Shown: piece by piece, positions 1-12,432 of the stretch
Position numbering within the stretch: the first letter of the stretch is position 1
Layout of the letters: the number at the start of each line of letters is the position of its first letter
Assembly: GCF_006345805.1 (NCBI RefSeq)
Contig: NC_043001.1
Span: 36,642,001 to 36,706,000 of the forward strand
Direction: 5' to 3'
DNA: 64,000 nucleotides
Source of the DNA: Octopus sinensis
Lineage: Eukaryota
The notes under the pieces: model-generated
What the model was told of the DNA's origin: nothing
The model's database searches: none
The model's input: only the letters and a program-made list of their open reading frames with translations
Made by a program: the position numbers and the translations under genes

Positions 1-2565
1 AATCTTGTATGACGAGGTTTCTTTACGATAGAAATGTTTTGGTGTATTCATCTGAAGAATTCAATCTTCGAAAGCATTTTCCTTTGCCAACAAATAAACT
101 TATCTCCCATTGTGACAATACGTGCATTGTTTAATGATATAGATACATCACTTTACATTCCTTATACTCGTGAACATGTTGCATGAAAAACATGAAATAT
201 TGTTATGGCGGAATTGATGTATTTTCTACGCCATATTATTTTCTTTAATTTTTAAGACATATTCTTATACATCACCATACGAATATCTGTCATCAATGTA
301 CAAGAGCAACAATATATTTCGTGCGATATCCACCTGCAATCTTTGTACTGTTATGGTGTAGTAGGAATAAGCTTATGACATTAACACTAGTATTGCATAC
401 GTTTCTTTCGTATTTGAGGAAAGATCTGGAAAATAAATCACGTCTAGATTCCTCTTATCTACCGATCTGTTTATCTTTCTGAATGCTAGTGATCAGTCAA
501 ATAGTTTCGTTTCTGCTTCCTCGATTATGAACGACCCCCTTCTATATCGGTTCTTGCATCTAAATACATGCGTATGCATATGTGAATAATCATGCATTCA
601 CATGCATATTTATTTATGTATGTATTTACACACAGATATCTATGCATCAACTTTTCTAGATATCTAGTACATATTGATACACTTTGATACATATACAAAT
701 ATGCATAAACACATATACAAACATACACACACTCTGAATATATATATATTATCACTTTTCGAGGTGAGGGATCTTAATGCTGAGTGTTTTCCTAAAATTA
801 TGGAGGCTCTTCACGACGCTTATGTTCCTTATAGAGTTATTCCCAGTGACAAGGATTCTAGACAAGTTCTTAATATGTGTGTGTTTGTGTATGTGTGTGT
901 ATGTATCTTATGTATATTTGAAGAAGTGTATATGTGTATGTTAATGAATATGTTAAGACATGTGTGTGTGTGGTGTGGTTGTGTGAGTGTGTGAGAGAGT
1001 GTGTGTATATCTTTGTGTGCTTGTGTGTGTTTGTGTGTGTGTGAGAATGTGTGTATATCTTTGTGTACTGTGTGTGAGTGTGTGTGTGTGTGCGTATGTG
1101 CGTGTGTGTGTGTGTGTGTGTCACTTACGCATTCCTATATGTATTGTTTTTGTTTTCTTGTATACGTTGCTTCTTTAATCACATAATCGAAAAACAGTGA
1201 GTGCAATATTTTTCTTGAAAAAATATGAAAAACAAAAGAAAACATAATACAAAGCCAAAATCAAATTCTAATAAAAAAAATAATAATAAACAAGCATAAA
1301 TAACAAGCACAAGTAAAAAAAATAAAAATAAAAATGATCAGTGAATTATAATCTATTATTATTAGTCACTTATCCAGACCAGAGATTTGTATCTCCAAAG
1401 AAAAGCAAATATTGTCTTTGGCACCTCTGAATGGTTTTGTATTGTAAGAACATTTAATCAACGAAGTATCTGTTTAACGTGTTACTGCAGCTCTTTTTTT
1501 GCTTGCGTTTTATGTTCGGTTTATTGCTGGTTGCACTGATGCAGCAGATGTAGTCGTTTCTATGACATAAGAACGGAAGAGATAAACTAGTGAATAATAA
1601 TGTTAAACACACAGAATGAAAATCACGGTGGAGGGAAGGAGAGGTGAAAGACAATGATGATCTGAAAAGAGAGAGGAAGTGGAAAATGGAAAGGAAAAAA
1701 AAAAAAAATGAACGAAGATAAGCTGTTAAGTTTAGAAAAATAATTATGATATTATTTGCAAAAGAAACAAAAGGAACAAACATGGGGCAAGTGAATATGA
1801 AAATGAGTCGAGAAAGTGAAGAAGGTTAAAGAACGCGAGAGATAAATAAAAAAAAAATGGAGAATGATAACAAAACGGAATGGAAAACGGATAAAGTAAA
1901 GAGGAACAGAATAAAATGTTTAAGCTGAGAATATCTCGCACTCGCCCGCTCTTGCACCCACATAGTAAAGTAGGTTATAAAAGGTAATGTTTAATGGGAT
2001 TCGATGTCATGCTTGTGACCCTAGTGGGATTTTAAAACCTAAACAACGGAAATAACGATAAAATGGACAAACTTCTATTACTAAGCAAATGAGTCATAGA
2101 ATGGGCCTTTCAGTGCAGATGGGATATAGGGTTGGATAAGGAAAGACGTGTGTGTGTTGTTGACTTCATTGCGTTGGGGGTTGAAGACGCGATCTTTTAT
2201 AAATATAAGGCCAGTGATGTGGGTGATAAAGCTGTAAATCGAGATGGTGATGATGGTAGAGACGACTAGATTTTATAATAGGGGTAGGACGTGGGGGTTA
2301 GATGCTTTCATCATGATGTGTTAATAGAGATTATATTGATGACTATGATGCGCCTACTGTCAGTAGTATTGGTGAAGATATTATAAGGCTTAGTTGAGTC
2401 GGATGGTGCGACCTGTTTTTCTACAAAAAATCGATGGACAACAAACATTACAAACTATTCATGGAGAAAAGCAAAAGACTACGAATGGCAAAGGGGAAAC
2501 AAAGTGTAAAAAAAATTAGATTTTGAAATTTTTTCTTCTTTCATTTCAGAAACATCTTTCATTTC

Positions 2566-2730
2566 AGGCGCAGGAGTGGTTGTGTGGTAAGTAGCTTGCA
2601 TACCAACCACATGGTTCCAGGTTCAGTCCCACTGCGTGGCACCTTGGGCAAGTGTCTTCAACTACAGCCTCGGGCTGACCAAAGCCTTGTGAGTGGATCT
2701 GGTAGACGGAAACTGAAAGGAAGCCCGTCG

Positions 2731-2772
<42 letters not shown>

Positions 2773-3011
2773 AGTGTGTGTGTATGTTGGTGTGTACGTT
2801 TGTGTGTCTGTGTCTGTCCCCTCCCCACCGTCGCTTGACAACCGATGTTGGTGTGTTCACGTCCCCGTAACTTAGCAGTTCGGCAAAAGAGACCAATAGA
2901 ATAAGTACTAGGCTTACCAAGAATAAGTCCTGGGGTCGATTTGCTCGACTAAAGGCGGTGCTCCAGAATGGCCACAGCCAAATGGCTGAAACAAATAAAA
3001 GAATAAAAGAA
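2566..3011 (+). mobile_element. tRNA-derived SINE family A, full length (tRNA head, CORE-like segment, internal (TA)n(TG)n, tail)
   Basis: A-box TGGTTGTGTGG and B-box GGTTCAGTCCC. CCTTGGGCAAGTG is CORE-like. The tail ends in AAAAGAAT repeats. About 13 related copies lie in the window. Confidence 0.9.
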
Positions 3012-3416
3012 TATACATGTTCTTTGTAAAATCCCTGCGAAATAGGGGTGACCGTTGCAGCGGATGTTGTTGACCTTCTCCGCGACAACACCATTGCGGT
3101 TATGACCCTGGGATGCAACTGAACACGCCATTCATTCTGGGGGGTGCGGCCCGCTGCCCACCCCCTTCTGTCTTTTAATCCCCTCCTTTTTTACTTTTCC
3201 TCTTTTTTCTCCCCCACCACCACCGTTTTTGTTTCCTTGTAATTAAATTGTGATAAATAAAATACGTAGATAAGATTTTAAAAAAACATCGACTTTTTAA
3301 GAACCGTAGTTTCTGTTCTATGAAATGCAAGAATACTAAAACCACAAATGAAGAAGAGAAAATTAAACTAAGTTTAAATAGCACAGTTCTATATTTAAGA
3401 GATGTGGAATTACGTA

Positions 3417-3712
3417 CATTAATTACATTACTTACAATTGACGGATATTTGTCCTCATCTTGTTTGTTGTTAACACAACGTTTCGGCTGATATACCCTCC
3501 AACCTTCATCAGGTGTCTTGGGAAAATTTTGAACCTGGGTTTTCATTCCTAAGATATTTTTCGAAGTTGTTGTTGTTGTTGTTGTTATTATTATTATTAT
3601 TATTATATTATTATTATTATTATTATTTTATTATTATTATTATTCAGGTCACTGCCTGGTCTCGAACTCGAATCTTGAGGTTAGTAGCCCGCGTTCCTAA
3701 CCACTATATCCA
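3417..3712 (-). mobile_element. tRNA-headed SINE with (AAT)n spacer and hammerhead-containing tail (left arm of palindrome)
   Basis: Minus strand reads TGGATATAGTGGTTAGGAACGCGGGCTACTAACCTCAAGATTCGAGTTCGAGACC (A/B boxes), then (AAT)n, then a tail that is the inverted copy of 3830-3964. Confidence 0.8.
3472..3517 (-). ncRNA. Minimal type I hammerhead ribozyme motif
   Basis: Minus strand GACAC-CTGATGA-A-GGTTG(GAGGGTATAT)CAGCC-GAAA-C-GT-T-GTGTT. Stem II is retained through a U-G wobble. Confidence 0.78.
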
Positions 3713-3720
3713 CGGGTATA

Positions 3721-3964
3721 TGGCGTGCTGGTTAACAGCGCGGGCTACTAACCCCAAGATTCCGAGTTCGATTCCAAGCAGTGACCTGAACAATAACAAT
3801 AATAATAATAACGACATCGAAACGTACGTTAGGAATGAGAACCCAGGTTCAAAATTTCCCCAAGACACCTGATGAAGGCTGGAAAGTATATCAGCCGAAA
3901 CGTTGTGTTAACAACAAACAAGACGAGGACAAATATCCGTCAAATATGAATAATGTAAATAATG
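3721..3964 (+). mobile_element. tRNA-headed SINE with (AAT)n spacer and hammerhead-containing tail (right arm of palindrome)
   Basis: TGGCGTGCTGG...GAGTTCGATTCC Pol III boxes, then AAT repeats, then a tail with a hammerhead motif. Inverted homolog of 3417-3712. Confidence 0.8.
3864..3909 (+). ncRNA. Minimal type I hammerhead ribozyme motif
   Basis: GACAC-CTGATGA-A-GGCTG(GAAAGTATAT)CAGCC-GAAA-C-GT-T-GTGTT. Core intact, 5-bp stem II, stem I GACAC/GTGTT, loopless palindromic stem III (ACGT). Predicted cleavage after 3904. Confidence 0.8.
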
Positions 3965-4181
3965 AAAGTTAAATAGCGACTAACCCAAATCTCATACGTT
4001 TCTGGTTCGAAGGTGGTTATGATTTTAGTGGGAGTTTTATTGCGAAATAGCCTGAATAACATCATAACTGTTGGTGGCAGAGAGATTAGACATCATACTG
4101 TTATGCTTTTTTTCTGGTGAGAAACAATATTAGAATATTTCAGCATTGTGGCAGCGGTTTGGTGTTGTCTGTGGTGACGGT

Positions 4182-4432
4182 ACTTAATCCGTTTGTCTGT
4201 CCTTGTTCGTTCTCTCTGTGTTTAGCCCCTTGTGGGTAGTAAAGAAATAGGTATTTCGTCTGCCGCTACGTTCTGAGTTCAAATTCCGCCGAGGTCGACT
4301 TTGCCTTTCATCCTGTCGGGGTCGATAAATTAAGTACCAAATGTGTAGTGGGGTCGATCTAATCGACTTAATCCGTTTGTCTGTCCTTGTTTGTCCCCTA
4401 TATGTTTAGCCCCTTGTGGGCAATAAAGAAAT
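4182..4432 (+). mobile_element. SINE family B (Meta-domain-like), headless ~1.4-unit tandem
   Basis: GAGTTCAAATTCC B-box and GGTCGACTTTGCCTTTCATCC..GGGGTCGATAAATTAAGTACC central domain. Junction AAAGAAATAG|GTATTTCGTC at 4250. Confidence 0.85.
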
Positions 4433-4849
4433 GATAAGAAGCGATATAGCAGTCGCTAGAGCGTTAGATAGAATACGTAGCGGTATTTGTTCTGGAACTA
4501 TGAGCTCAAAGTTCAAATTCCATCACCGTCAACTTTGTTTTCAATGCTACGAAAACAGATAGCATTAAGTTCATGCCTAGTCTGCCACTGCAAGAGAGAT
4601 CGTGAGGGTCAACATCCCTTTCTTCAAAAAAAGACTTACACATCAGTTTTTTTTGTTCTGTCGCAGTGTATCAGAATCACATTATGCAATGTCTTTTATT
4701 TTTTGTTTTTGTTTTTGTTTTTCTTAAGATAGGATGTAAAGGATATTTGCTGCTATTTCTAACATGACGAATCACTAATGATACAGAGCTTCTTTCAAAG
4801 GTGAGCGTCAATAACGATGGCGCAGTTTATAATTGCTTTTCGTTTTAAA

Positions 4850-5010
4850 ATGCCATCAGCATCTCTTCTGTGGTCGATGTCCTTATCATCAGCGTCGTCC
4901 ACGTCATTAATATCGTCGAATTCCTCCTCTTCTGCCGCCTGGTCCTCCTCATTATCATCGTATTCCTCCTCCTCCTCCTCATCCTCATCATCATCATCAT
5001 CACCATCACC

Positions 5011-5060
<50 letters not shown>

Positions 5061-5165
5061 CATCATTGTCCGCCTTGTCAGCATTGTTGCCATATCTCTT
5101 CCCTTCGTCCTCTGTTTCCTCCTCCACATCGTATTCTTCCTTATCGTCCTCCTCATCATCGTCAC

Positions 5166-5199
<34 letters not shown>

Positions 5200-5390
5200 G
5201 TCACCATCATCATCATCATTATCATCATCGTTGTCATCATTATCGTCGTCATCATCACCATCATCTCCACCATCATCACCATCATCATCTTCATCATCAT
5301 CACCATCACCACCACCATCATCACCATCATCACCATCATCACCACCATCATCACCATCATCATCATCACCACCACCACCACCACCTCACC

Positions 5391-5442
<52 letters not shown>

Positions 5443-5464
5443 CCACCACCACCACCACCTCACC

Positions 5465-5498
<34 letters not shown>

Positions 5499-5520
5499 TC
5501 ATCACCACCACCACCACCAC

Positions 5521-5553
<33 letters not shown>

Positions 5554-5576
5554 TCACCACCACCACCACCACCACC

Positions 5577-5610
<34 letters not shown>

Positions 5611-5665
5611 TCACCACCACCACCACCACCACCATCACCATCATCATCATCATCATCATCACCTT
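4850..5665. repeat. Long compound trinucleotide tract (CAT/CAC/CCT)n
   Basis: Triplet periodicity seen directly. It explains the poly-D/E, poly-S/H and poly-I/P ORFs. Confidence 0.95.
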
Positions 5666-5869
5666 TTCAAAGCAGCCTTGGCTTGTTATGTATCTCGAAC
5701 GTTGTTGTGTGTCACATTGGTTGTCCTTGTCGTTGTCGTCGTCGTCGTCATCATTTTATTTCGTATGTAATTCATAATAATATTTCCTGTTAATGTCGTT
5801 GTCATCAAAACCGTTATTAATGACCACGTAGCACCTGCGACTGCTTTGCTTCTTCAGTTACTTGTTGAA

Positions 5870-6438
5870 ATCCTGGTCGTGTGGTGATGGTGTTGATGGT
5901 GGCCTCCATAGTGTTTGTGTTGGTGACGGTGGTGGTGCTGGGATAATGTTTATTGTGCTGGTATTACTACTGATAATGTTGATGGCTATGTTAGTTGGTA
6001 GTGATAAGTGTTGATTGTGGTAGTGGTGGTGGTGGTAATGATGACGATGGTGGTGGTTGTTGTGGTGGGATGGTGACAGTGGCGAAGGCAATTCTTTTAG
6101 TGTTGACAGTGGTGGTACAGAGTGGAGGTAGTGCTAGTGTTTCTGATGGTCGGGGTGAGGTGGGTTTAATAGTAGTAGTAGTAGAAGTAGTAGTAGCAGT
6201 AGTAGTAGTGGCAGCAGTAACAGCAGCAGTAATAGTAGTAGTGGTAGTTGTTGTAGTTCTAGTAGCAACAGCAACAGTAGTAGTAGCAGCAGCAGTAATA
6301 GTAGTAGCAGCAGCAGTAATAGTAGTAGTAGTTGTTGTTGTAGTACTAGTAGCAGCAGCAACAGTAGTAGTAGTAGCAGCAGTAATAGTAGTAGTAGTAG
6401 CAGCAGTTGTAGTTGTAGTAGTATTAGCAGCAGCAGCC

Positions 6439-6487
<49 letters not shown>

Positions 6488-6510
6488 AGTAGTAGTAGTA
6501 GCAGCCGCAG
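5870..6510. repeat. Compound trinucleotide tract (GGT/GTA/GCA)n
   Basis: Seen directly. It explains the poly-T/A and poly-V ORFs. Confidence 0.95.
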
Positions 6511-6956
6511 CAGCAGTTTTGGTGTCGATACTGAAAACCCCTACAGAAAGTGGTAAAGTTGGTTTGGTTTCTTTTATTCCTAATTGTTGTTCTTAATATT
6601 TCGCTTTTGGATTTGGTTTGCAAGATTCTTTATATGGGTTCGTGTGTTGAAGCATATTCTGTTGTGTCTGGGGATAGTCATTTTCTTTTTGTGCCTTATA
6701 ATTTAACACGCTCAACGGTAAAATTACCACTTATTTCTTAAATGTTCTTAAACTTCTTGATTGAACAAACCTGCAATAAAAGGAATTCCAGCCGTAACCA
6801 TATCATTTTAAGATAATTTCTAGGATTACATTGTTTAATATGTTCTTCCTTCCCCCAAAATAATAGACTGTCATTTGACTGATTTAGCTGTTATACTTAG
6901 TAGAGTATAGCAGGAACTCTCTTGCTTGTTGTGTCAGTAAGATCGCCGAACCTTTC

Positions 6957-7075
6957 CTGACGAAGAGCCAGCCTCGAAACGTTATACACTCACTCTTTGT
7001 TTCCATCTCATATTGAGCATCATACTAATACATTTCAAGTGTACGTCCTTTTGACTTTTGCTCTTTTTATTCGTT
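6957..7075 (+). mobile_element. Penelope-like terminal fragment with degenerate hammerhead core
   Basis: CTGACGA-A-GAG(CCAGC)CTC-GAAA-CGTT at 6957-6983, stem I not paired. The downstream TGAGCATC..TAATAC..ACGTCCT resembles the element at 17323-17500. Confidence 0.5.
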
Positions 7076-7218
7076 AATCTGAAAGCTTCGATGTGCCCGG
7101 AATCGATGCTGCATATTGATTTCATTCTTGAACTTTACTGAAATCTAACGTGAGAACAAGCTCTTGGGTTCTTGATAATCGGTCATTCTCAAGTTTATGG
7201 TATCGGCTATATTACTTA

Positions 7219-7445
7219 TTCTTTCACTCTTTTACTTGTTTCAGTCATTTGACTGAGGCCATGCGGGAGCACCGCCTTTCGTCGAGCAAATCGACACCAG
7301 GACTTATTCTTTGTAAGCTTAGTACTTATTTTATCGGAATCTTTTGCCGAACCACTAAGTTACGGGGACGTAAACACACCAGCATCGGTTGTCAAGCGAT
7401 GTTAGGGGGACAAACACAGACACACAAACATATACACACACATAC

Positions 7446-7490
<45 letters not shown>

Positions 7491-7657
7491 TACGACGGGC
7501 TTCTTTCAGTTTCCGTCTATGAAATCCACTCACAAGGCTTTGGTCAGCCCGAGGCTATAGTAGAAGACACTTGCCCTAGGTGCTAGGCAGTGGGAATGAA
7601 CCCAGATCCATGTGGTTGGTAAGCAAGCTACTTACCCATACATCCACACCTGTACCT
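7219..7657 (-). mobile_element. SINE family A, full length
   Basis: Reverse complement of the family A head, internal (TA)n/(CA)n and tail. Confidence 0.9.
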
Positions 7658-9009
7658 TACAGCCACTGCTGCGCCACTCCTGCTACTAATTTTTATAAGA
7701 TACCACAGATTTTAATCGAACGTTTTACCAACATTCTAAGCGAATATGAAACGTAATGTTAAAATTTTCTTAGCTGCGAATTTAGACTTGAGAAAGAAAC
7801 GCTTTAAAAACGAAAATCTGTATTCATATGTTTTTCATAAGCATAACGACGAAGCTAATATTGACAGATTATGTAGGATGTGGTTTTGCATTCCAAGAGA
7901 AAATAATAACTAGAAAATATTTATTTAAGAAATAAAATTAGAGAGGGAAGCGCTTAAATCCCCAAGATATGACAGAATATGTTAATTCTGTCACATTTAC
8001 TTGGAAGGTATTATACATTTGATCAACTGCCAAATGATTTCAATCCAATAAACTACTACTTCGCAATGACGCATTGTAGTTACTGAGCAACATACAATGT
8101 CATCCGCTATGGAAAAAATAATACGTTTGTCCAGAGACAAATATATAAATAGGCCTTACATATGCTTTTGATGTGTACCGGTTAAATTGAGGGCGGTGAA
8201 AAGGAAAACGAGAAACACTGAGCTGTGAAGAAATCGAAACTCAACTTCAAATACACATTCACGTACACACTCATAGAAGCATGTATTCATACGGAGAGTA
8301 TAACAAAATTCGTTACTGTAAAAACCAATTTTCTGGAAGTTTTCTGCTACGTATTTTCTAGTGAGAATATTTTTTTCTTCATTTAAAGAACATATATTCA
8401 ACCTTTTATCATACCTTTTCTCGAGAGCCACTGCTTCCTATAATTAGTTATAACTATACTGATATATGAATACAAGAGAGGAAAGCTTTTGTATTTGTAT
8501 AATTCGTAATTTAGAAAAACGCTATGTATGCACTATTAATTAACCAATTAACCACATTATCAGTGCATGCACTATACCACAAATTAAACAGGCCACTTGA
8601 GCTTAATGAAAGTTTGTATATACAATAAAAACTCTAAGCGAAATGATTTTCTATGCACAGATGAATAGGTCTTTGCCAGGTCAAACAGGATTTCTTTTTC
8701 TTCTCATTCAGTGATAGAACTAATGTGTTTGCTTTTCTCAGAGTATTTTGTTCAAGAGGTACACCTAACACTCTGTGTGTACGTGTATATGTGTGCATAC
8801 GTGTGCGTTTGGGTAGGTGCGGACGCGAATAGTAGAGTTTCGGTAATGAGTGCGGATGTACGTTCCGCTTTTTATGTGTCTGGTACAGTGTAATTATCTT
8901 GGCGACAGAATTTTGCCAGAAGAGATACGGGAAATCATATGAAAAGCTTAAAATTATGGCAAAGGTATAATATAGCCTTGAGGGAGAGACGCGAGAAAAT
9001 TTGTATCTA

Positions 9010-9047
9010 TCTATGTATATATGTGTATGAATATGTATGTATGCGTG

Positions 9048-9089
<42 letters not shown>

Positions 9090-9171
9090 CATATATATAT
9101 ATATATATATAATATATACATATATATATATATACATACATACATATATACACACATATATATATATACAG

Positions 9172-9215
<44 letters not shown>

Positions 9216-9263
9216 TATATCTGTATATCTGTATATATACATATATATACACACACACACACT

Positions 9264-9304
<41 letters not shown>

Positions 9305-9377
9305 TATATATATGCACACGCACACACACAAACACATGCACAAGCACACTCGCACACGCAGAGACTCAAACCCGTTT

Positions 9378-9419
<42 letters not shown>

Positions 9420-9435
9420 CATGTGCGTGTGCGCC
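9010..9435. repeat. Compound (TA)n/(CA)n/(TG)n microsatellite
   Basis: Seen directly. Representative of many such tracts in the window. Confidence 0.95.
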
Positions 9436-10007
9436 TGTGTGTGTCTGTACATGCAGAAATGTTGAATTATATCGAACGAATGAGAGAGGACTGAATGCGT
9501 GTTGTAAAGTATGTGGTTAATAATTGAAAATTAAACGACTCGAAATTCACGCCTCTATGTCTGCCATTAAAATGAAGGGAAACACAAAAATCACTCGACT
9601 ATGAACCAACTTTTACAATAGATACGTCCTTGCTTCGTTGCATCGTTAAAAACCCCTCAGAAACATCTTAAACTCCTAACAGTATTTACAAAGGCGATAA
9701 TACGAATAGTCCAAAACTGATTCAAGCAAAAATAGGCATAACTAGATTAACAGATAAATCTAGAATGAATTCAGAAATTAAAAATAATGAACACCCTTTT
9801 GTCGAAATTCAACCAATGAAAAAGCACAAAACGCAAAGTAATAAATAAAAGCAAGTATGTGACAACAACCACACCAACGAATATAAATATTCCACCAAAA
9901 CTGAGCTGTAACTCGAATTGCGGAGTGAAAGAAATTTCAGTTTCAATGAATTATGTGTGTGCGTGTGTATGTATATGTGTGTATGCATGTGTGTCTTTTT
10001 GTGTGTT

Positions 10008-10046
<39 letters not shown>

Positions 10047-10142
10047 ATATATATATATATATATATATTCTCCGAACTTTAGCTAATACACCTGCTTGTT
10101 GTTCCTTCACCTGTCTTCGTCTTTTGTTTTCTGCCAATTAAC

Positions 10143-10178
<36 letters not shown>

Positions 10179-10180
10179 AT

Positions 10181-10224
<44 letters not shown>

Positions 10225-10478
10225 CTATATCATACACATACATACATTCATAAGATTTACACCAAACTGTATCAATACCGAATCACACATACATAAAAAA
10301 AAAAACTCCGTCACCAACACCTCATCAACCGTACCTTTGTACCTTTCTGCTAACAATAACAAGAGACACAAACTCTGCATCACAAAAATAAACGATAATT
10401 ATTAGAAAAAGCCAGAAAATACTATCCAACGAATACGAAAAGTTAACCAATGAGCAAACACGAGACGTAGACCGCATG

Positions 10479-10515
<37 letters not shown>

Positions 10516-11270
10516 ACCAGAGGATACAGATACACGACCAGTACCAAGTTGTAACACTTTTCCTCTGAAGATTCCAGTGACGTAAAACCCAAATCGCTAG
10601 ACAGTTTCACTTCCAAGAAAAAACATATCTTCTCCAGCATGTATTGAGCTTTCCTCTCACATTGGCTTGACAAAAGACAGCGCTTGTATCTACCTACATG
10701 TATGTACGTGCCCGCGCGTGCGTGTGCATACAAGTGTGTAATCGTTTCAATAATCCATAACGTAAAACTCACGATTCAAAACAATTCCCCTTCTAAGTAT
10801 TGAATACTTTTCTTCGGTTCTAAATACATAAGTTCAACAAATCAAATATATATACTCGCGTGTTCAGTCATATATATTTGTGAATGTGTGTGAAAATATC
10901 CAATAAATATACGCATTTGTCAACCATATTTCCTTATAAGCATATCATTATCAAAAATGCATATAACGGTTTGTCCTTTATATGTATATATTTACTGGAT
11001 CAAGTTTGCTCATGTGACTGCATATATGTGCGTTTCTGTGCCAGTGTGTACTTTTATAAGTGTGCACGAGACATTTGGTGTATTTTTTTTTATGTGTAAT
11101 ATGAAGAACAATCAATAAATATTTATCAACTAAATGCCAATATAAGTGTCAGAGAAAGAAATTAATTCTTTCCATGATTCATTATATCAAATGTCGTTTT
11201 AAACTTATATATATATATATATGTGTGTGTGTGTGGGTGTGTGTGTCTGTGTGTGTGTGAGTGTGTGTGT

Positions 11271-11347
<77 letters not shown>

Positions 11348-11464
11348 TATTATTATTATTATTATTTCGATCTGCTATCTGTTTCTACTTCAGCTAAACA
11401 CAAGTAGGAAGAGACAGCATACACTTTCTCTCTAACAACATTCACACACACACACACCGCACCC

Positions 11465-11496
<32 letters not shown>

Positions 11497-11521
11497 ACAT
11501 AGCACATGTATTTATATATGC

Positions 11522-11621
11522 NNNNNNNNNNNNNNNNNNNNNNNNNNNNNNNNNNNNNNNNNNNNNNNNNNNNNNNNNNNNNNNNNNNNNNNNNNNNNNN
11601 NNNNNNNNNNNNNNNNNNNNN
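11522..11621. other. Assembly gap (100 N)
   Basis: Run of N adjoining the start of a tandem array. Confidence 1.
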
Positions 11622-12385
11622 GTCCTTGTTTGTCCTCTCTGTGTTTAGCCCCTTGTGGGTAGTAAAGAAATAGGTATTTGGTATGCCGCTATGTTCTGAG
11701 TTCAAATTCCGCCGAGGTCGACTTTGCCTTTCATCCTTTCGGGGTCGATTAAATAAGTACCAGTTGCGCACTGGGTTGATATAGTCGACTTAATCCGTGT
11801 GTCTGTCCTTGTTTGTCCTGTCTGTGTTTAACCCCTTATGGGTAGTAAAGAAATAGGTATTTCGTCTGCCGCTACGTTCTGAGTTCAAATTCCGCCGAGG
11901 TCGACTTTGCCTTTCATCCTTTCGGGGTCGATTAAATAAGTACCAGTTACGCACTGGGGTCGATATAATCGACTTGATCCGTTTTGTGTCCTTGTTTGTT
12001 TTCTCTGTGTTTAGCCCCTTGTGGGTAGTAAAGAAATAGAAATAGGTATTTCGTCTGCCGCTACGTTCTGAGTTCAAATTCCGCCGAGGTCGATTTGCCT
12101 TTCATCCTTGTGGGGTCGATTAAATAAGTACCAGTTACGCACTGTGGTTGATATAATCGACTTAATCCCTTTGCCTGTCCTTGTTTGTTCTGTCTGTGTT
12201 CAGCCCCTTGTGAGTAGTAAAGAAATAGGTATTTCGTCTGCCGCTACGTTCTGAGTTCAAATTCCATCGAGGTCGATTTTGCGTAAATACTTTCAGCGTC
12301 GATAAATTAAGTACCAGTTGCGTACTGGGGTCGATGTAATCGATTGGCCCCCCTCCCCAAAAATTTCGGGCATTGTACATAGAGT
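11622..12385 (+). repeat. Tandem array of SINE family B body, ~183-189 bp period, about 4 units, open into the gap
   Basis: GTCCTTGTTTGT recurs at 11622, 11805, 11988 and 12177. The junction AAAGAAATAG|GTATTT recurs in every unit. Confidence 0.92.
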
Positions 12386-12432
12386 AGAAAAGGATATTTA
12401 CTTAAGCATTTTTATTATTGATTATATTCAAA

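Noticed and set aside
4817-5793. 317-aa and 307-aa ORFs
   Set aside because: Homopolymeric translations of the triplet tract, with no domain or splice evidence.
11622-12385. CRISPR-like or exon-repeat array
   Set aside because: Units are whole SINE bodies with no unique spacers, in a eukaryotic context.
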